From positions 300,001 through 332,000 of the forward strand of contig NC_009033.1 in the NCBI RefSeq assembly GCF_000015945.1: 32,000 bases of DNA. Direction: 5' to 3'. Shown piece by piece: positions 26,702-32,000 of the stretch. Position 1 is the first letter of the stretch, and each line of letters starts with the position of its first letter. This DNA comes from Staphylothermus marinus F1. GTDB taxonomy: Archaea > Thermoproteota > Thermoprotei_A > Sulfolobales > Desulfurococcaceae. Made by a program: the position numbers and the translations under genes. The notes beneath the pieces are model-generated. The model did no database searches. It was not told where the DNA came from and saw only the letters and a list, made by a program, of their open reading frames with translations.

Positions 26702-29536
26702 GTGTTATTATTCATGACGAGTTCAAAAACTAATAATAAGTACCATGAATTATTATTTGCTGCTCTACTACACGATATCGGCAAGGTTTTACAGAGAGGA
26801 AGAATAGGAGTTACTGAAAAATATAGTACTCACGATGATCTTGGTGCGAAGTTTATAGATGAAAATCATGATATATTTGAACATATTGGTATAGATCCAG
26901 AAACAATGAAGCTTCTAATAAAGTATCATCACCATACTCTAAGAGGGCTAAAGCCTCCCGAGAATATTAGTGTTCTTCTAGAAATACTTGAAAAAGCCGA
27001 TCATGATTCAGCTTCAGAGAGAAGTATGGGGGATGAAATATATTCTAAACAGAGAAGTATTACAAACTACTTGGTCTCTCCTCTATGGATTATCAACTAC
27101 TATAAACAAAGTAGAAAAGACTTAAGTGTTGCTGAGAAACTGCCTAAAAACTCATATATATGTTATAAACCGGTATCTGTAATAGCATTGCTTAGAGATA
27201 AGAGTTTCCCATATGATCTGGAATTAGTTGAAAATGTATTAAAAGCTGTAAAATGTTTCCCCGAGAATAAAGATGAGGAGAATGTATTTGAAGAAATTAG
27301 AAGATACTACTCCGAGATCTATAAGGACATGATTAAGGTACTGAGTGATCTAGAAAAAGCTACACTTACTGGAATAATGGGTGTTAACGAACTTTTAGAG
27401 ACTCTCTCAAGCTATATAAGGTATTCTCTAATATTTATACCAGATGCTCTCTACGGCGTTGATATACCTTCAACAAACTTATCTGCCCATTCACTCCTCA
27501 CCGCCGCTTTAGCATCATCATATATGTTATCTAGACACAGTGGAGTCTCCGGATACGAGATCAGGGTTGGATTACTTGATCTTAGTGGTATACAGAAATA
27601 CATAGCCTCCTATGCGAGACGCAAGGGTGCTTTAAGACAGTTTAGGGGGCGTTCACTACTATTACAACTCGTCATGAAAGCTTCAGCTTATAAGTTGTTA
27701 AAAGAACTCAAACTAAACCATGCCCATCTAATCCTTGAACGAGGTGATTCTGCAGTATTCATACTGCCCAGTATTATTGATGAGAAAACATTTCATAATG
27801 CTGTTAAGAAGATTGAAGAAGCAATATATGAGCTCTTCCATGGAGACATATATATTGCTTATGGTTTATCTGAACCATTTAGACCATCATATATTCCACC
27901 ATGGTCTAAAGATTTTGGAAAGAAAGGATTTTCTAAAGCACTACTAGAACTGGGTAAGAAGGTTTCTAAGTCGAAGAGAAGCAGATTTAAACTACTCGAT
28001 CCTAGAATTCTAGCTAAGAATACTATTAGAGATGAGAGTGATAATAGAGATGCTGATATGTGCCCACTATGTAAAGCAACACTATTTAAAGAGTCCCTCA
28101 TACCTATTAGTAAAGATGAAGCTCAGAAGCTAGGTTTAGAAGAAGATGTTGAAAAGATATGTCCATCATGTCTCCTAGCACATATAGCTGGATATGCTGC
28201 TGAGAACCTAGTATTTATAGTTGAGATTAGGAATAAGAACATTTCTGATAAATTATTCGAAGAACTTAGAAGCGGGAAATTCATTGTTGAAAAAGTAGAT
28301 GCTATAAATGTAAAATACGGAGTTATCCCGGTTAAAGGATTAGATACAACATACATCATCATATCGGATCTTTCAGGGAGAAAAACAGGTCATTGTCCCC
28401 TCTTACAATCCTTTATAGAAACAGTGCTTAATAGAATTATTAAGGAATATAGTGTTGGGGAGAGAGTAGAGGTTATAATATATAAGAACAATGATCCAGG
28501 GGGCTTTATACCTCATGGAAAAGACATGGAAAAACTAGCAGGTGCTCTGATGAGGAATAAGAATGTACAAGTAGGTTTCTCAGTAATATTCACTAATGTA
28601 TCGCTTCAACAAAATGAGCTCGACGACCTAGCTAGAGCCGATAATAAATATACTCTCTTATCATGGATGAAGATTGATGGGGATCGCATAGGGTTTACAG
28701 GATTACATCTTATAGGTTCTCTAGGTAGATATGCAACATTTAACGAGCTAGTTAACCTCTACACTAACTTAATCGGTTACTTAATACTTTACAAAAATGC
28801 TAAATTATTAAATAATAAATATCAGTTATTGAGAGATAAAGTTGTAATCGTATATAGTGGTGGAGATGACTCATTAATCGTCTCAAGATTTGTAGAAGGT
28901 CTATATTATCTTAAATATTATCATGAATGGCTTAACAGATTCTTTGGAAGAATAGGTGATATAGAAGCACTAACTATTTCAGCAAGCATGATTCTTAGGG
29001 AGTCAGATTACCCAGCATATCTATCATATAATGAAACAATAAATTATTTAGAAGAAGCTAAAGATGAAGGGAGGAATAGAGTATATGTGGACCCATTATC
29101 TATAGACATTGAAGGTGCGAAGTCTGTTTCTTGGAAACAATATGATCTACTACTAGATAATAGTTTAGATAAAGACCTAAAGGAGTGGGTGACAAAGTAT
29201 AAGCAACAATCATATAGATTACTCTGGATTACTAGAAATATTATGAAGAACCATCATAGATATGTAAGAGAAAGCAGTACTAAGAGGAAGAGTGAGTATT
29301 ATAGGAGAGTGCTCGAATATCTGATAGCATACATTTACATATATAATAGGTTATCTGAGACAAGAGAGTTCATAGAAAAATTAGCAAGCAAGAAAATATT
29401 AACAACACCTCTAGAGCCGAAGACCATTATTGAAAAATATAGTACGGATAAAATAAGTGAGCCACTAATACTAGAATTTGACAAACTATCTCGCTTCCTA
29501 TCACTACTAATGCTACGTTTGAGAGAAAAACTATGA
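26702..29536 (+). CDS. cas10: Cas10 (Csm1-like) with N-terminal HD domain and GGDD cyclase palm
   Basis: HD region HELLFAALLHDIGKV...KYHHH...DH. DLSGIQKYI. Zn-ribbon CPLCK...CPSC. Cyclase motif VIVYSGGDDSLIV. 944 aa. The ATG at 26714 is an alternative start. Confidence 0.9.
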   Translation: MLLFMTSSKTNNKYHELLFAALLHDIGKVLQRGRIGVTEKYSTHDDLGAKFIDENHDIFEHIGIDPETMKLLIKYHHHTLRGLKPPENISVLLEILEKADHDSASERSMGDEIYSKQRSITNYLVSPLWIINYYKQSRKDLSVAEKLPKNSYICYKPVSVIALLRDKSFPYDLELVENVLKAVKCFPENKDEENVFEEIRRYYSEIYKDMIKVLSDLEKATLTGIMGVNELLETLSSYIRYSLIFIPDALYGVDIPSTNLSAHSLLTAALASSYMLSRHSGVSGYEIRVGLLDLSGIQKYIASYARRKGALRQFRGRSLLLQLVMKASAYKLLKELKLNHAHLILERGDSAVFILPSIIDEKTFHNAVKKIEEAIYELFHGDIYIAYGLSEPFRPSYIPPWSKDFGKKGFSKALLELGKKVSKSKRSRFKLLDPRILAKNTIRDESDNRDADMCPLCKATLFKESLIPISKDEAQKLGLEEDVEKICPSCLLAHIAGYAAENLVFIVEIRNKNISDKLFEELRSGKFIVEKVDAINVKYGVIPVKGLDTTYIIISDLSGRKTGHCPLLQSFIETVLNRIIKEYSVGERVEVIIYKNNDPGGFIPHGKDMEKLAGALMRNKNVQVGFSVIFTNVSLQQNELDDLARADNKYTLLSWMKIDGDRIGFTGLHLIGSLGRYATFNELVNLYTNLIGYLILYKNAKLLNNKYQLLRDKVVIVYSGGDDSLIVSRFVEGLYYLKYYHEWLNRFFGRIGDIEALTISASMILRESDYPAYLSYNETINYLEEAKDEGRNRVYVDPLSIDIEGAKSVSWKQYDLLLDNSLDKDLKEWVTKYKQQSYRLLWITRNIMKNHHRYVRESSTKRKSEYYRRVLEYLIAYIYIYNRLSETREFIEKLASKKILTTPLEPKTIIEKYSTDKISEPLILEFDKLSRFLSLLMLRLREKL

Positions 29537-29585
29537 TTAAACACTAAAACATTGTTTATTTTTTATAAAATAAAAATACTATAAC

Positions 29586-30498
29586 ATGTCCAGTAATGAG
29601 TCGCCTAGTAGAGTCCTTCTAGTCGCCGCTTGGGGCAATCCATATACCAATCCATATACATGGTATAAAGTCCACTATGATATAGAGTTGCTAGTTGGAA
29701 AATATAGGTATTGAAACCTTTCCAAATATAGTAGGGTAAATTACCACCCTTATACCGCTTATGAAGTGTTCGGATGGTAACGTTAATGTAAGTGCATATG
29801 TGTTAATCCTAGTTCTCGACACTATTGCTTTCAATAAAGTTATGCTTAACAATTTCACATATAATGTTCCAAAGATAAGTGAGTTGCTTCGAAAAGAGTA
29901 TGAGAGATATCTCGGAGATAAGGAGAAGATCAAATACTCTGATCTTCTAGAGTTTTCGAGAAAACGTATAAAATACTATATTACTCATGTTCTAGGCGAA
30001 GGTATTGATGGGAGAATATCCACGAGATCCTGCCTGGAATAAGTGTTTTTTAGTGTAAGAGTGTTGAGGCTGATTATAGTGATAATCCTAGAAACTACCA
30101 TATCCTATTAAACTTAAACCTGACACGGTAATACTAGATACTACTCATGGAATAAACTATGTGCCAACACTAACCTATAGAACACTAGTTTCCGTTATAA
30201 GAACATATATTCTACTCAGCAATGTTAAGGAGATCAAATTTTACATGGTCGATCCTGATCCTTATCCGTGACTATTCATTAAAAGGGAAAGAGCTGATCC
30301 TGATATCCCATGTTTAAGAATAAATCTTATTAGGAAAACACGTATCCACTACACGAAGCCTATCGGTATATTTTCGGAGAAGTTGGATGCTTATATGGTC
30401 AATATGTGGTGGATAAAGATGTTGAGAAGACAATACTAAAATATGGTAATATTTATAGAAGCGTTAAAGAACTTTTTATAGCTATAATTATGGATTAA
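29586..30498 (+). pseudogene. csx1: decayed CARF-family accessory gene (Csx1-related, DxTHG-motif family)
   Basis: Fragments lie in three frames. (1) 29586-29714: MSSNESPSRVLLVAAWGNPYTNPYTWYKVHYDIELLVGKYRY*. (2) 29707-30042: GIETFPNIVG*ITTLIPLMKCSDGNVNVSAYVLILVLDTIAF.... (3) 30092-30271: ...KPDTVILDTTHGINYVPTLTYRTL...PYP*(TGA), which continues as LFIKRERADP.... A final frame runs to TAA 30496-30498. The WGNP..W..V.Y N-terminus and the DTTHGINY motif are family hallmarks. Confidence 0.7.
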
Positions 30499-30547
30499 TA
30501 CTTCTATTACTATATTTACAGAGGGAGATCAGCATTCAAGAATACAG

Positions 30548-31162
30548 CTTTCAATTCTTTTAATGGTGTTACGGAATCATATAAATCAACTGTTTGCTGG
30601 TCTAGACGTAGCTTTCAATTCTTTCTGTGTTGTTACCCAACTCTGCTACGTCCTAGCACTCTAACAGGTATCTTTGCTTTCAATTCTTTCTATGTTGTTA
30701 CTCTCGGAATAAATCTTAAATATAGAACTTGGGGAACGAAACTTTCAATTCTTTCTATGTTGTTACATGGCTCTACTAATGCTATCAACATGGATAACGA
30801 AGAATATTACTTTCAATTCTTTCTATGTTGTTACCCCGCCTCGAGTAACGGGGGGCAGACACGGGGCTTAGAGCTTTCAATTCTTTCTATGTTGTTACGT
30901 ATATTTGTTCCCGATTTAAGACCGTTTATTATACAGTTACCTTTCAATTCTTTCTATGTTGTTACCAATGATTACCCAGAAAGAGATCGTTGAATATGTT
31001 AGGAACTTTCAATTCTTTCTATGTTGTTACTTAAGACATGGGAAAACCCAAATTTTAAACTGTAAATGTTCTTTCAATTCTTTCTATGTTGTTACTTGTC
31101 CGTGATATTTCTAATGGGTTTTCCATATAGTATTCTGCTTTCAATTCTTTCTATGTTGTTAC
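30548..31162 (-). CRISPR. CRISPR array: 10 repeats of 25 nt, 9 spacers of 39-43 nt
   Basis: The plus-strand repeat CTTTCAATTCTTTCTATGTTGTTAC starts at 30548 (3 mismatches), 30612 (1 mismatch), 30677, 30742, 30810, 30874, 30941, 31006, 31071 and 31138. The minus-strand form GTAACAACATAGAAAGAATTGAAAG ends in ATTGAAAG, the canonical 8-nt crRNA 5' handle of Sulfolobales/Desulfurococcales repeats. Confidence 0.95.
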
Positions 31163-31336
31163 ATTAGTTCGAATACGTGTTACATTTATCTTTTTTGTTC
31201 GAACCACTATATATTTCTTTCTATATTTAATTCCTAGATTGATCGTGTTCGACCAGTTTTCTATAGACTTAATAGTATCTTTAAGGTATTGACGGGTTTG
31301 TATAATGAAAAATATTCGAGTGATTTTCTTTTGGGT
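31163..31336 (-). promoter_or_regulatory. CRISPR leader (AT-rich, with TATA-like elements)
   Basis: It adjoins the perfectly conserved end of the array; the degenerate repeats are at the opposite end. This is consistent with the minus-strand transcription inferred from the ATTGAAAG handle. It contains TTAAATATAG and AAATATATAG on the minus strand. Confidence 0.5.
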
Positions 31337-32000
31337 TTAGGTTGTTTTTATGCTTGGTTTGTGTAGTATTTGGTTTGTTTTTAGTAGGTATTTTGTGTTT
31401 GTGTTTGTTTCTTCTAGGAGTAGGTGTCCTGCGTAGTAGTCTTGTATTATTAGTTGTTTTCCTATTATTTGTTTTAGGTTTGTTTCTTTTGCTTTATGGT
31501 ATTCTGTTATTTCTGTGTTTGGTTCTATTCGGAATATTGTTGGTTGTTTTGTTTGTTTTATTCCTAGGATTCGCTGTGTTTTTGTAAGTGTTTTTTCTAG
31601 TTTTAACAGTACTGGTGGTATTGGTGTTTTTATTGTTTCTTTTAGTTTTCTATGTGGTTTTTCTGTTAGTCTTTCTAGTTTTCCGGCTTTGATCTCTATG
31701 TTTCTTGTTTCTACTGCGCTGTTAGATGTGTATAGTGTTGTTGCTACTATGTGTGGTTGTTCAGCTATTCTATCTAGTAGTCTCCATGTTCTTGTTGTTC
31801 CTACTTTGAATTTGTCTTTGTTGTAGGCTAGTAGGTAGACTGTATAGTTTATTTTATCTTTGTATTTCTCATCTAGTATCCAGCAGTTTCTCAAGCTTTC
31901 TAGTCCCGCTGTTGAGAAGCATTTGGAATATATTGCTCTAATACTATTCCTATGCTTCGAGCAGTATCCAAGCTCTGAAACCGCTTCTCTAACACAGTAT
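31337..32000 (-). CDS. hypothetical protein, 5' end beyond window; the C-terminal two-thirds has an extreme A+C-rich coding strand
   Basis: The ORF track starts at TTG 31894, but by hand translation the frame stays open to nt 31999 (YCVREAVSELGYCSKHRNSIRAIYSKCFSTAGLESLRNCWILDEKY...). Core YTVYLLAYNKDKFKVGTTRTWRLLDRIAEQ. Family not confidently recognised. Confidence 0.55.
   Translation of the reverse strand, partial: YCVREAVSELGYCSKHRNSIRAIYSKCFSTAGLESLRNCWILDEKYKDKINYTVYLLAYNKDKFKVGTTRTWRLLDRIAEQPHIVATTLYTSNSAVETRNIEIKAGKLERLTEKPHRKLKETIKTPIPPVLLKLEKTLTKTQRILGIKQTKQPTIFRIEPNTEITEYHKAKETNLKQIIGKQLIIQDYYAGHLLLEETNTNTKYLLKTNQILHKPSIKTT

Noticed and set aside
30757-30993. 78-aa plus-strand ORF
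   Set aside because: It reads straight through four CRISPR repeats and their spacers.
31207-31231. Possible degenerate 11th repeat inside the leader, one spacer-length beyond the last repeat
   Set aside because: Only about 16 of 25 positions match (core TTCTTTCTAT). It would put degenerate repeats at both ends. It is treated as a repeat-like motif in the leader, not as part of the array.
31342-31826. Plus-strand ORFs of 81 and 103 aa
   Set aside because: They lie antisense to the longer minus-strand ORF. Their products are monotonous Leu/Phe/Val/Cys/Gly strings generated by the T+G-rich strand.

Overview
AT-rich archaeal chromosomal segment. It looks like a hyperthermophilic crenarchaeon, Desulfurococcales/Sulfolobales-like: the CRISPR repeat ends in ATTGAAAG, GGAGGTG-type Shine-Dalgarno (SD) sites precede internal operon genes, and one GC-rich island stands out against the AT-rich background. 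All homology calls were made by eye from motifs remembered for each family; no search was run. Nt 1-21600 is mostly housekeeping: an ABC ATPase fragment, an NSS/LeuT-type transporter, a MarC-family protein, an SDR epimerase, iorAB, ribosomal protein L35Ae, AspRS, a PadR regulator, myo-inositol-1-phosphate synthase, a four-gene sugar-type ABC transporter operon, and MoaB. Three odd elements are embedded in it. (1) At 5057-6369 there is a cluster of Trp/Tyr/Pro/Gly-Arg low-complexity ORFs attached to a disrupted NifX/NifB-like gene. (2) At 12009-12182 a roughly 174-nt GC-rich element folds into a four-way junction. (3) iorA homology runs upstream of the first canonical start codon. Nt 21700-32000 is an accessory island. 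It holds a complete type III (Csm-like) effector operon in the unusual order cas11-cas7-cas5-csm5-cas10, a heavily decayed DxTHG/Csx1-type CARF gene, and a 10-repeat CRISPR array transcribed from the minus strand, convergent with the cas operon. The window contains no cas6 and no adaptation genes. An uncharacterised 214-aa gene lies divergent to the operon. The island is bracketed by two genes whose coding strands are strikingly A+C-rich and depleted in T and G.
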